A stretch of DNA of 64,000 bases from contig CAWCKJ010000007.1 in NCBI GenBank assembly GCA_963796105.1, positions 1-64,000 of the forward strand. The letters run 5' to 3'. Source of the DNA: a candidate division FCPU426 bacterium. Lineage in GTDB: Bacteria; Oederibacteriota; Muellerivitia; Muellerivitales; Muellerivitaceae. Positions 21,160 through 29,982 of this stretch are shown piece after piece. Within the stretch, counting starts at the first letter, position 1; each line of letters starts with the position of its first letter. A model generated the notes under the pieces. The model was given only the letters and a program-made list of their open reading frames with translations. It did not search any database and had not been told where the DNA came from. The position numbers were made by a program, and so were the translations under genes.

Positions 21160-21729
21160 TTATTGACTACCCCCGGAATCCGGGGCTTGACCCAGTGAAG
21201 GTGGAGGCGGAGGCAAATTTGCTCCTTTTCCTTCGTCCCTCCAGGGGTTCATCCAAGGCCCCTCAAGCGGCCCCCCGGTAATATCAAGTACGAATATTGC
21301 TTGCTGGGCCAAGGATAAGAGCACTCGAAGTTTTTCCTCAAATTGATGACGATGGACATCCAGTTGTTTTTGGTCCGCGGCTAGAACATCCAAGAGGGCT
21401 TTTATCTCCTCTTCAGGGGCTTTGGAATCGACTTTTAATTGAAGGGTAGCCCGGTCAACCTGAAACCGGTCCATGAGAAGCTTTAACTCTCCTTGATCAT
21501 TTATAAACAGTTCTTTGATTTTCGCGGACTGCCCTTTACTTAATCCAAGCCGTTTCTCCATCATTTTAACGGGGTCGGCTTCCCAACCTCGATTCATCCC
21601 CTTTCCCACCGCATCGGGGCCTTTGGTGCCGGTCGGGGGTTGGTCATTGGCCTTGACCGTCAAAACGGATCCCAAAATCAAGAACAATGATAAATACCCA
21701 TACCCCATTATTTTCCAGTAACGGCTCAT
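21160..21729 (-). CDS. Periplasmic Spy/CpxP/ZraP-like protein
   Basis: Signal peptide; LGLSKGQSAKIKELF and LLSLAQQ (LTxxQ-like motifs); helical. Confidence 0.7.
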   Translation of the reverse strand: MSRYWKIMGYGYLSLFLILGSVLTVKANDQPPTGTKGPDAVGKGMNRGWEADPVKMMEKRLGLSKGQSAKIKELFINDQGELKLLMDRFQVDRATLQLKVDSKAPEEEIKALLDVLAADQKQLDVHRHQFEEKLRVLLSLAQQAIFVLDITGGPLEGPWMNPWRDEGKGANLPPPPPSLGQAPDSGGSQ

Positions 21730-21759
21730 GAATTTTCCCCCTTAATTTTCTATTTTTTA

Positions 21760-21775
21760 AGCAAATCTTGTACCA
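21760..21775 (-). promoter_or_regulatory. sigma54 promoter for the Spy-like gene
   Basis: TGGTACAAGATTTGCT on the - strand. Confidence 0.75.
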
Positions 21776-21815
21776 AACTGTATTTTCGATTTTTTAACGT
21801 TTCGAACCCTTTGTC

Positions 21816-21852
21816 GTACAAATTTTGGTTACTGCGCCAAATTTTAGTTAAG
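21816..21852. promoter_or_regulatory. Candidate enhancer (UAS), second copy
   Basis: GTACAAATTTTGGTTACTGCGCCAAATTTTAGTTAAG matches 20463-20499. Confidence 0.55.
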
Positions 21853-22000
21853 GGAGCCACAAAATTTGTTGTTCCCTTTTCTCAAAAAAAGAGGGTTTGA
21901 ATGAATTTTTAAGCGCTTTTACGGCATTAAGGTTACCAATATGTTCACTAAATCTTTCTTTGAGTTTTTTTGAATGAGGAAGAGGGTAAAAGGTTGATTT

Positions 22001-23278
22001 TTAATTCCCATTTTTTATATTCATATCACGATTTTGTTCTTTCAATATGGATTCATTCTTCCCTTTATCCTTCCAATTGTTCATCCACGGTTCCTTATCC
22101 AGCCAACTGGATCCGGTCAATCCCAAGATAATCTTGGCCCTCTGATCCGTCGTTAAAAGGTTCTGAAGCTGGTTCTCAAATTGCTGATGAAGATCTTCCA
22201 AGATCCTCCGGTCCTTGGAAAGGGCAACCAAATGAATCGAAATCTCCCGATCCGAAGCCTTGGTATCGATCTTGGATTGCAAAGCATTTCGGTCCGCCTT
22301 CATTTGTCGATTTAATGATTTGATGTCCTCCTGTAATTGTTTAAACAAAATCCCGATCTTGGAAAATTGAGCGTTACTTAAGGCGAGTTTTTCCTTCCAC
22401 AAGTTAATATCCAGTTCGAAACCTTTGGGTGGAATGGATGCCCTTCGAAAATCCGGGCCTAACAACGGCCGGTCACTGAAATCCGGGGCGTCGGGCGGAC
22501 CCGCCATGAAAGGGAAAAAGCCTGGTGGCCCTGGCATAAAGGGCGGCATGGCAAAAGATCCGGTCGGAGTTACCTGAGCCGGATGTGTTTTGTCGTTTTG
22601 CGGCTGGCTTTGGGGAGGACCTTCGATTTCTTCCTGTAAAAGTGCCAACTTTTTCCGGAGTTTTTGATCCAGTTCGCCTTTGAGCCCGGTTTTTATTTCC
22701 ACGAGGGCCTCCTTGGGTTCCTTTAAGTCATGAAATAAAAGATAAGCGAGTGCGTAATGAGCCAACGCGAGGGAGGGTTCTAAACGGGTCGCCTCCTGGA
22801 ATGTCAGTTTGGCCGAAGTGATTTCTTTATTCTTGTAATGAATCAAGCCCAAATAATAATGCACCATCGAAAGCTGGGAATCCAAACGATTGGCCGTTTC
22901 CATTTCTTTCAAAGCCTTATCCCATCGGCTTTGATCGTAGGCGATCAGACCCAAGTAGTAATGAACCACCGGCATTTGCGGTACGCGCTTTTGGACCCAT
23001 TGGAAGAAGAGGGCGGCTTCAGTGAAATTTTGTTGAACATACTTAACTAAGCCCAAATAATAATGGGCGTTAATGTTTTCCGGGTCCTGCTCCAAAATTT
23101 TCCGGAATCCTTGCTCGGCTTTCTTGTAGCTTCCCGCATTCAAATCCGACACCGCGTTTTCATAAACTCCCCTGGATGATGAATTCACCTGCGCTTCCAA
23201 ACCGGATCCGGATATTAAAAATAAAAAACCGGTTGCAAGGATAAGAACCGTCAGGTATTTGGGTTTAGGGTTTCTCAC
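22001..23278 (-). CDS. Exported TPR protein fused to a Spy/CpxP-like domain
   Basis: Probable GTG start at 23278 (RBS GGAGG); signal peptide; HYYLG TPR repeats; Pro-rich linker; LALSNAQ and LLTTDQR. Confidence 0.75.
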   Translation of the reverse strand: MRNPKPKYLTVLILATGFLFLISGSGLEAQVNSSSRGVYENAVSDLNAGSYKKAEQGFRKILEQDPENINAHYYLGLVKYVQQNFTEAALFFQWVQKRVPQMPVVHYYLGLIAYDQSRWDKALKEMETANRLDSQLSMVHYYLGLIHYKNKEITSAKLTFQEATRLEPSLALAHYALAYLLFHDLKEPKEALVEIKTGLKGELDQKLRKKLALLQEEIEGPPQSQPQNDKTHPAQVTPTGSFAMPPFMPGPPGFFPFMAGPPDAPDFSDRPLLGPDFRRASIPPKGFELDINLWKEKLALSNAQFSKIGILFKQLQEDIKSLNRQMKADRNALQSKIDTKASDREISIHLVALSKDRRILEDLHQQFENQLQNLLTTDQRAKIILGLTGSSWLDKEPWMNNWKDKGKNESILKEQNRDMNIKNGN

Positions 23279-24617
23279 GGCAATGACCCTCCAAATGATG
23301 TTTGGCGATTTTGTACTGAAGGGCCGAACGGGAAACGCCCAATTTCCTTGCGGCGTGGCTTTGAACGCCGCCAACTTCTTCCAGGGCATGCAAAATCAAC
23401 GCCTTTTCCACTTCTTCCAAGGTCCGGATCAAATCCCCCTTCAAATTGCCGGGCAATGAGGATGAAGAACTCCTTTCGGGGACAACCTCCATTTCTTCCT
23501 TCTCCGTAAGCACGACGGCCCTCTCAAGCAGATTTTGCAATTCCCGGACGTTACCCGGCCAGGGATAAGCCTGTAGGACCTTCATGGAAGATGGACTGAT
23601 GTGCTTGGGCGGTCGGCCCACTTGGCCGCAAATTCTCTTTAAAAAACTTTCGACGAGCAGAGGAATATCCTCCGCACGATCCCGGAGAGGGGGGATATGG
23701 ATCGTGACGACGTTCAACCGGTAATAAAGATCCTCCCGGAAGGCCCCTTGGGACACCTTTTGCTTCAAGTCCTTGTTGGTGGCGGCAATGACCCTCAAGT
23801 CTACCTGGATGGTCTGGGTGCCACCCACCCGCTCGAATTCGCGTTCCTGCAAAACCCTCAAAAGTTTGACCTGGGTTTCCGGAGTGATTTCGGATACCTC
23901 GTCCAAAAGAAGGGTGCCGCCCTGGGCCATCTCAAACCTGCCTATTTTCCTTTGAAGGGCGTCAGTAAAAGCCCCTTTTTCATGGCCAAAAAGCTCACTT
24001 TCCAGAAGCGTCGACGCGAGAGCCGCACAATGGACGCGCACGAAAGGAGCGTCTTTCCAAGGACTGCTGTCATGGATGGCTTGGGCCACTAATTCCTTAC
24101 CGGTGCCACTTTCCCCCTCAATCAGGATGGTGGTTCGGGCGTCGCTTATCTTGCGGATCGTATCGTAGACTTGGCGCATTCCCGGGCTGTCCCCAACCAT
24201 CCGGCCTTGGTAAAGGCCGAGTTCATCCTTGAGCCGTCGGTTTTCCTCCTTCAAGTTGTTCACTTGAAGGCAGTGGTTGATCCGCATTTGTAGTTCGTCC
24301 ATGGAAAAAGGTTTCAAGACGAAATCATAAGCGCCTTTGCGCATGGCCGTTACCGCGTCCTCCACCGTTCCATAGGCGGTAATGACCAAAACATGAAGTT
24401 CAGGATCCATTTCCTTGACTTTTTCAAGCAGTTCCATTCCGTTCATGCCCGGCATCTTCAGGTCGGTCAAAAGTATTTGCACTTTTTCCTGGCTCAATAG
24501 AGTAAGAGCTGATTCAGCGGAAGGAGCTGTCAGGACATGATGGCCTTCTTTCTTCAAATGGCGCTTGATAACATCCCTGATGTCTTGCTTGTCATCAACG
24601 ATTAGGATGGTACTCAT
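23265..24617 (-). CDS. sigma54-dependent response regulator (NtrC/ZraR/AtoC family)
   Basis: Receiver IVDD...TDLKMPGMNG; GESGTGKE, GHEKGAFTDA (GAFTGA-like), WPGNVREL; Fis-type HTH. Confidence 0.95.
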   Translation of the reverse strand: MSTILIVDDKQDIRDVIKRHLKKEGHHVLTAPSAESALTLLSQEKVQILLTDLKMPGMNGMELLEKVKEMDPELHVLVITAYGTVEDAVTAMRKGAYDFVLKPFSMDELQMRINHCLQVNNLKEENRRLKDELGLYQGRMVGDSPGMRQVYDTIRKISDARTTILIEGESGTGKELVAQAIHDSSPWKDAPFVRVHCAALASTLLESELFGHEKGAFTDALQRKIGRFEMAQGGTLLLDEVSEITPETQVKLLRVLQEREFERVGGTQTIQVDLRVIAATNKDLKQKVSQGAFREDLYYRLNVVTIHIPPLRDRAEDIPLLVESFLKRICGQVGRPPKHISPSSMKVLQAYPWPGNVRELQNLLERAVVLTEKEEMEVVPERSSSSSLPGNLKGDLIRTLEEVEKALILHALEEVGGVQSHAARKLGVSRSALQYKIAKHHLEGHCREKP

Positions 24618-26113
24618 GAGAAACCTTTCGATATCGGCAAATATAGCCGAAAGACGGCACCGCCTGATGGAATGTTGAAAGCTTCCACGCGGCCTCCATG
24701 GGCGGAAACCACTTTATGCACGAATGCCAAACCCAACCCGGAACCCGAGGTTTTGGTGCTGAAAAAGGGCTTGAAGAGTTTGGATTTCACATCGTCCGAA
24801 AAACCAGGGCCAGTGTCTTCCACTTCCACTAGGGCGGACAAACCTTCCCGGCGTAATCGCAGGGTCAAAATTCCACCTTTGGGCATCACTTCAAGCGCAT
24901 TCAAACCAAGATTATAGAGGCTATTGGAAAGAAGTGTCCGGTCGGCCTCGACTTTGTCCAGGAGTTCCATCTCTATTTTGACGATCACGGCCTGATTTCG
25001 AGCCTGTTCCGTCAATGCAAATTCCAATTCTTTCAGGAGGTCCTCCAAGGCCAGAAATTCTTTATCCAAATGAAAAGCTCGCCCATACTCCAAAAAACGC
25101 CTGACAAGGTAATTAAGCGCTTTCACTTGATCCTGGATCTTTTGAAGGGGTGGAATCGCTTCGGGTAAATGAACGGCCATCTTCTCGACCCATTCGGCCT
25201 CACCGCGGATAATGATGAGTGGATTGCGCACTTCATGCGCTATTCCCGCGGCGACTTCCTTCATTTGCTCGGCCTGTACTTCAGCAGCCTGTCTCAATCG
25301 GGACAATTCCTCCTCCCTGGCCTTGATCTGGGCGGACATTTCCAAGAGGGAGCCTTCCAGTTGGCCCAGTTCATCCATCCTTTGGGCGCCGGGGGTGGTT
25401 GTGTCCGGATAACGCCCTTTCGCCACTTCCCGGGCCAAATTCGACACGGTCTCTACGGGTTTCAATACGGTTTGTGCCACTAGTAAACTAACCAAAGCGC
25501 TCACTAAAAATCCCATCAGGCCCAAGAGGACGGAAAAATTCCTGAAACGGCGCAAAACTTCCAGGGACTTGGGATTCGCATCCACTTGAAGGATGGTTCC
25601 CTTAGACAAGGGGATAAACACCGACTGGTGGAGCATTCCGAATTCCCCCGCGTGCACGGGAAGAAGAACCGGGAGGTTCCGGCGCAATTGGTCGATCTGC
25701 GGTTCCGTCAGCAGGAGACTCTTGAACCCCGGGACCGCCTCCCCTGTCGCGTCCAGGAGCACCGTCCCCTGGCTGTTTAAAAGCGTTATGTTTTCGAGTA
25801 CGCCCGCGTCCAGGAACCGGCGAAGTGAAGGGACCATTGTAGCCGTCAAGGAACCGGGTAATTCCGGTTGGGAAAGTCCCGAAAATTGGCTGGATAGTTC
25901 TTTTCCCACCAAACGTCCCATGGACAGAAGCTGTTCACCCATTATTTTTTCCAAGCTTTGTGAAACAATCCGGTAGATGATAAATCCCGTCGCTGATGAA
26001 AGAGCGAACCATAAACCCGTGAAAGTAATCAAGAGTTTGACTTTAAAGGATCTACGCCAAAAATAGAGAAGGTCTGAAACTTTTCGGGTTATGGGGGATG
26101 GGTAGCGGTTCAA
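24614..26113 (-). CDS. HAMP-domain sensor histidine kinase
   Basis: Two TM helices, HAMP (DELGQL), H-box AHEVRNPL, N-box NLGLNA, DTGPG, FKPFFSTK, GSGLGL. Confidence 0.95.
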   Translation of the reverse strand: MNRYPSPITRKVSDLLYFWRRSFKVKLLITFTGLWFALSSATGFIIYRIVSQSLEKIMGEQLLSMGRLVGKELSSQFSGLSQPELPGSLTATMVPSLRRFLDAGVLENITLLNSQGTVLLDATGEAVPGFKSLLLTEPQIDQLRRNLPVLLPVHAGEFGMLHQSVFIPLSKGTILQVDANPKSLEVLRRFRNFSVLLGLMGFLVSALVSLLVAQTVLKPVETVSNLAREVAKGRYPDTTTPGAQRMDELGQLEGSLLEMSAQIKAREEELSRLRQAAEVQAEQMKEVAAGIAHEVRNPLIIIRGEAEWVEKMAVHLPEAIPPLQKIQDQVKALNYLVRRFLEYGRAFHLDKEFLALEDLLKELEFALTEQARNQAVIVKIEMELLDKVEADRTLLSNSLYNLGLNALEVMPKGGILTLRLRREGLSALVEVEDTGPGFSDDVKSKLFKPFFSTKTSGSGLGLAFVHKVVSAHGGRVEAFNIPSGGAVFRLYLPISKGFS

Positions 26114-26152
26114 TGTATTATTCCGTCATAAAGGGTAGCTTAAAAAGGATAG

Positions 26153-26168
26153 TGCAAGTTACATGCCC
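26153..26168 (-). promoter_or_regulatory. sigma54 promoter candidate for the two-component operon
   Basis: GGGCATGTAACTTGCA on the - strand. Confidence 0.6.
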
Positions 26169-26639
26169 GTATGATTAAAAAAACAGTCGATCAAACCACT
26201 TTGGCCCTGATTTATATTTTGTCATCTGAATTTTTCTCCAAATACAACCATTCGGGGAGCCATTAAAGGATTAAGAGTGCGAAGCCGTCTATTTTTTCGC
26301 CAAGCCTAAACTCACTCCACGATTGAAAACTACCGGATGCCCAGGAGTTTTTTGATTTTGGTATTCATTAGGTTCCGGTGATTGTATATTTTTTGTCCAC
26401 TGTCCACCCGCACCTGGAAAAATTCCGTCGGGACGAAAAGAATCTTTCAATCCTTAAATTTTTTTAATCACCGTTAAAGAAAAAAACCGCGACCTACCCA
26501 TAATTCACCGGATGGAAGTCAATCCCGAATAACCATCTGGTCGAAAACGAGATAACCAATATTCGGCATCTTAACTATAAACCATTACGACAATTTTATT
26601 CTGGGGATAAATTTACAGCTTTTCCAAACATTTTCTAAT

Positions 26640-26655
26640 TGGAACGAGATTTGCT
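26640..26655 (+). promoter_or_regulatory. sigma54 promoter for the flgE remnant
   Basis: TGGAACGAGATTTGCT. Confidence 0.7.
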
Positions 26656-26769
26656 TATGAAGAAGACTGCAGGATTTCAAAAGTAAGCAGTCCTCGGTTG
26701 GTCCTTTTTTAGCGACCCTGAGTTCAGGCGGATCTGTTCCCCGCCATAATAATTTCGAGGAGGAAAACA

Positions 26770-26858
26770 ATGGGTCTTCGAGACATGTATAGCGCCATTT
26801 CCGGCCTGGAAGCCAACAGTACTTGGCTTGACGTGATTGGAAATAACATCTCCAATAC
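26770..26858 (+). pseudogene. flgE: 5' fragment of flagellar hook protein FlgE, truncated by the IS
   Basis: RBS GAGGAGG; MGLRDMYSAISGLEANSTWLDVIGNNISN is the rod/hook N-terminal motif; the sequence ends at the IS TGT end. Not in the supplied ORF track. Confidence 0.8.
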
Positions 26859-26896
26859 TGTACTGTTAACGAAACTTTTTCCGGTTTCGCTTAGCC

Positions 26897-27973
26897 TCAA
26901 GAGCCGTCACCTCGTGTTCTAACCAGCAATCCAAAGCGTTCCATCGTCCGGAAGATAGCTTCCCGCTCAGCAGTACGAGCTTTGCGGCCTTTGAGGCCGA
27001 GCATCGCCCTTCGAATAGCCCTGCAGGCCGTATTATAAAACTCAGCGCGCTGGACCGCTTTCTTCCAAGATGGCACTTCCTCGCACAACTGACAAGCTGT
27101 TTTTCCCCCGTAACCCGGCCTAGGGTGGAACTGATTGACCCGTTCCACTATTTGGGCCAATAAATCCACGCCTTCCTCGGGTGTACGGAATTCCACCCCC
27201 TCTCCAATGAACCCTGGTGGCACCTGGTCCTTGGCTTCACCGATAGCGGACTCCACAAAGGGATTGTCTTGTGGTGTGCGCGGCCGGGACCGCAGGTGGA
27301 CCACCTGGTGGTCCCTTAACCATTTCCGCAAGCCTTCCTCGCGGTAAGCCGGACCGTTGTCGGTCTGGAAAACCAAAGGAAGATCACCTTCCTCTTCCGA
27401 GGCTTGCAAATACGCCAACACACTTTCGCCGATAGCGTCTTTCCCGTCGCCCGACACTTCCGAGTGACAGGTGGCTGGGTCCTTGTGCACTTCCGCCCAA
27501 ACCTTTTCGAACAGGCACTGGCCCACATAAGCGCTGTCCTGGGCCATCACCACCCCCTGGTGGGTGTAATGCCAATGGACCCTTTTCTTTTCAATGCGTC
27601 GGCGTAGCAAGCGTTGGTGATCGGCCTTCAACTTTCTCAAGACCGCCTGAATCAGCCTCGTGGGCACTTGGGGCAGAAGCTGGTCCGCGCAGCGCCAGCC
27701 AGCCCTGTAGCCCTGTACTTGAAGCACCTTCTCCACGGCTTTCAACGCTTTCTCCCGAGCCGCTTGGCTGTGGGGCGGCCGACCCTGTCTTTTGAGAGAC
27801 AAACCCGCCGCCCGTCGCCAATTCAATAGGGCCCGCACCGTCACGCCCAATTTGAGGGCGATACGGCTAAGATCCCCCTTTTTCAGACGCCGGTGCGCCA
27901 GCCAGTTTCCGATCCTTAGGCGCAGGAGAACCCGGTATGGAAGCTGTATTTTTTTTCCCCGTAGGTCGACCCC
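26897..27973 (-). CDS. Second DDE (rve) transposase-like ORF; start uncertain
   Basis: Frame is open from 27973; HTH LSRIALKLGVTVRALLNWRR; MAQDS, FQTDNGPAY, PRTPQDNPFVES. Confidence 0.8.
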   Translation of the reverse strand, partial: GVDLRGKKIQLPYRVLLRLRIGNWLAHRRLKKGDLSRIALKLGVTVRALLNWRRAAGLSLKRQGRPPHSQAAREKALKAVEKVLQVQGYRAGWRCADQLLPQVPTRLIQAVLRKLKADHQRLLRRRIEKKRVHWHYTHQGVVMAQDSAYVGQCLFEKVWAEVHKDPATCHSEVSGDGKDAIGESVLAYLQASEEEGDLPLVFQTDNGPAYREEGLRKWLRDHQVVHLRSRPRTPQDNPFVESAIGEAKDQVPPGFIGEGVEFRTPEEGVDLLAQIVERVNQFHPRPGYGGKTACQLCEEVPSWKKAVQRAEFYNTACRAIRRAMLGLKGRKARTAEREAIFRTMERFGLLVRTRGDGS

Positions 27974-28478
27974 TCAGGCCGGGCAGCCTAACCTTGGCTT
28001 GTTCCCGGTTGGCCGGTAGGTCCTTCAGGATTTCCACAAGTTCCTCCAAGACCTGCTTCTGTCTCTGAAGTTCCAGTATCTGGGCATGCAGCTGCTTGGG
28101 ATTGTCCTCCGGCAGAAGCGTGGAAGGCGGCTGGGTTCCCTTGGGTGGCTTCTTGGGTTGTTTCAGCAGCCCCACTACTAGGCCCACCAGGGCCTGCTGG
28201 GACAACTGCCACACCCTCAAAGGCGGCTGGTTGATCTTCTCCCCCAGTTCCTTCTTCGACATCCGGCCTAGCCAGTGCTCCAACAACAACGCTCCCAACT
28301 CGTGGGCCCTCTTCCTCTCCTCCTCGCTGGCCATCTCCCAAAGGGCCCTCACCGGGTAGGGCGGGGTGCTGATCTTGAACCCCCTGCGGTGCTTGGACAC
28401 CCTGCGTTTCTTCGATTCCGTATGGGTTTCCGGGTCCTGTGGGGCTGGGCTGCTCTCCTGAGTCGTCGATTTTTCCAT
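27867..28478 (-). CDS. IS accessory protein (OrfA-like; helical region plus leucine zipper)
   Basis: ATG 28478 with RBS GGAGGT; LHAQILELQRQKQVLEELVEILKDL; overlaps the tail of the upstream transposase. Confidence 0.65.
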   Translation of the reverse strand: MEKSTTQESSPAPQDPETHTESKKRRVSKHRRGFKISTPPYPVRALWEMASEEERKRAHELGALLLEHWLGRMSKKELGEKINQPPLRVWQLSQQALVGLVVGLLKQPKKPPKGTQPPSTLLPEDNPKQLHAQILELQRQKQVLEELVEILKDLPANREQAKVRLPGLRGRPTGKKNTASIPGSPAPKDRKLAGAPASEKGGS

Positions 28479-29886
28479 GTTCCACCTCCGTGGCAAGGGG
28501 GGCGACCGAAGCCGACCCCAGGTTTTGGTAGGACACTTCCTGAACCACCCCTTCGGGTGTCTGCATGATTAGCCTACCTCTCTCTCCATGCAGCGTCACG
28601 CTCTGGTCGCCGATCTGTCCGACCAAAAACACCGGTTTGCGGGCCGGTTCGTCCAAAGCTATGGCTATTTGGTTTTCCCCAAGGGTTTTCTCAATGGCCT
28701 TGCGCACCTGCGATTCCACGCCAAAAAAACGATCCGCTGGCACGCTGTCGCCGATCCCCTGATGTGGCCGGAAATGGTTGTAATGGGCGATGAAATGCGA
28801 AAGGCGCTCTTGGGCCTCGGTAAGGTCCTGGGGCATGGCTCTGGACCAGAACTCCTGGCCCACCGTTTCCCAGAACCGCTCGCATTTGCCCAACGTCTCG
28901 GGATGATGGGTCCGGGAAACCACATGCCGGATGCCTTGCTTCGCCAGCAGCTTTTGAAAGCCGCTTTTGCCTCGCCAAGCGAAATACTGGCGGCCCTGGT
29001 CGGTCAAAACTTCCAAGGGCTTGCCCCAGCGCTGGATGCCTTCCAACAAAGCTTCCTGAACGAATTCCTGGGTTTGCCTGAGACCCAGACGCCAAGAGAC
29101 AATGTATCGGCTGTAATCGTCCAGGAAAGCCACGAGGTATATTTTTTGGCTATACCGCGCCAGGTTGAAACTGGTGATGTCGCTTTGCCAGAGCTCGCCG
29201 GGTCTGGATCGCTCAAAGCGTCTCACCAGGGGTCTCTTCTTCCAGTGGCGGGAAGCGGTTTGGTGCCCATGAGGTAGCTGTTCCTCGGCCACCACCCGCC
29301 GTATCTGGGGATCCGTTGCTTTGATCCCACGAAAACGGGCAAGAAAGGCCTTCACCTTCCTGAAGCCAAAGTGTGGAAATTCCCGCTTGACGGAAATGAT
29401 CTGATCCTTCAAGCGGGAAGGCACTGGTTTCTTTCCAGGCTTTCTTCCCGCACGGCCTTCGAGGGCCTGTGGCCCCCCTTGCCGGTACTTCTTCAACCAA
29501 TTGGAGAGCACCCGCGGGTGAACTCCCCAAAGTTTGCCGAAGGCCATCATGGACTGCCCGGACTTCAAGCAGGCCTCCACGGCTTGACGCTTCTGCTCGG
29601 GGGTGTACCGCGTACTCCGGGCCTTGCGCTTCTTGCCCAAGCTTACCCCACTTGCCAAACCCGCTTCACCGTGGACTTGATAGGCTCGCTTCCAAGCCCA
29701 GAGCGTGATGCGGTTGACCTTGTGCTTGAAGCAGAAGTCCGCCTGGCTGCCTTCCCGGGCGTCAAAGGCTTTCAAAAGATTCAGCCTTTGCTCTTGGGTG
29801 TATCTAACAGGGCCTCTTCGGCCCCTGGCGGATACTTCGGGATGGGTTGAGGTGGGAGTTGATTCGGTAGGTGTTTGTGTTTCCAT
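27988..29886 (-). CDS. IS481-like DDE transposase with tandem HTH domains
   Basis: RBS GGAGG; two YTxEQ HTH repeats; RPGELWQSDIT, FLDDYSR, LTDQGRQY, HPETLGKCERF, YNHFRPHQGI. Confidence 0.92.
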   Translation of the reverse strand: METQTPTESTPTSTHPEVSARGRRGPVRYTQEQRLNLLKAFDAREGSQADFCFKHKVNRITLWAWKRAYQVHGEAGLASGVSLGKKRKARSTRYTPEQKRQAVEACLKSGQSMMAFGKLWGVHPRVLSNWLKKYRQGGPQALEGRAGRKPGKKPVPSRLKDQIISVKREFPHFGFRKVKAFLARFRGIKATDPQIRRVVAEEQLPHGHQTASRHWKKRPLVRRFERSRPGELWQSDITSFNLARYSQKIYLVAFLDDYSRYIVSWRLGLRQTQEFVQEALLEGIQRWGKPLEVLTDQGRQYFAWRGKSGFQKLLAKQGIRHVVSRTHHPETLGKCERFWETVGQEFWSRAMPQDLTEAQERLSHFIAHYNHFRPHQGIGDSVPADRFFGVESQVRKAIEKTLGENQIAIALDEPARKPVFLVGQIGDQSVTLHGERGRLIMQTPEGVVQEVSYQNLGSASVAPLATEVEHGKIDDSGEQPSPTGPGNPYGIEETQGVQAPQGVQDQHPALPGEGPLGDGQRGGEEEGPRVGSVVVGALARPDVEEGTGGEDQPAAFEGVAVVPAGPGGPSSGAAETTQEATQGNPAAFHASAGGQSQAAACPDTGTSETEAGLGGTCGNPEGPTGQPGTSQG

Positions 29887-29982
29887 CTTCGCCTCCTTTT
29901 CCCCCTGAGGGGGTATCTAAGAGGCGACGGTCTTACTTGTGCTCAGCCAAACATTCAGGAAATAGTTTCGTTACGCACTACA

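Larger units (their letters stand above)
26859..29982 (-). mobile_element. IS481-like element (TGT...ACA ends), 3124 bp, three ORFs
   Basis: Inverted ends TGTACTGTTAACGAAACTTTTTCC and (reverse complement) TGTAGTGCGTAACGAAACTATTTCC; flanks CAATAC and AGGATG do not match. Confidence 0.85.
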
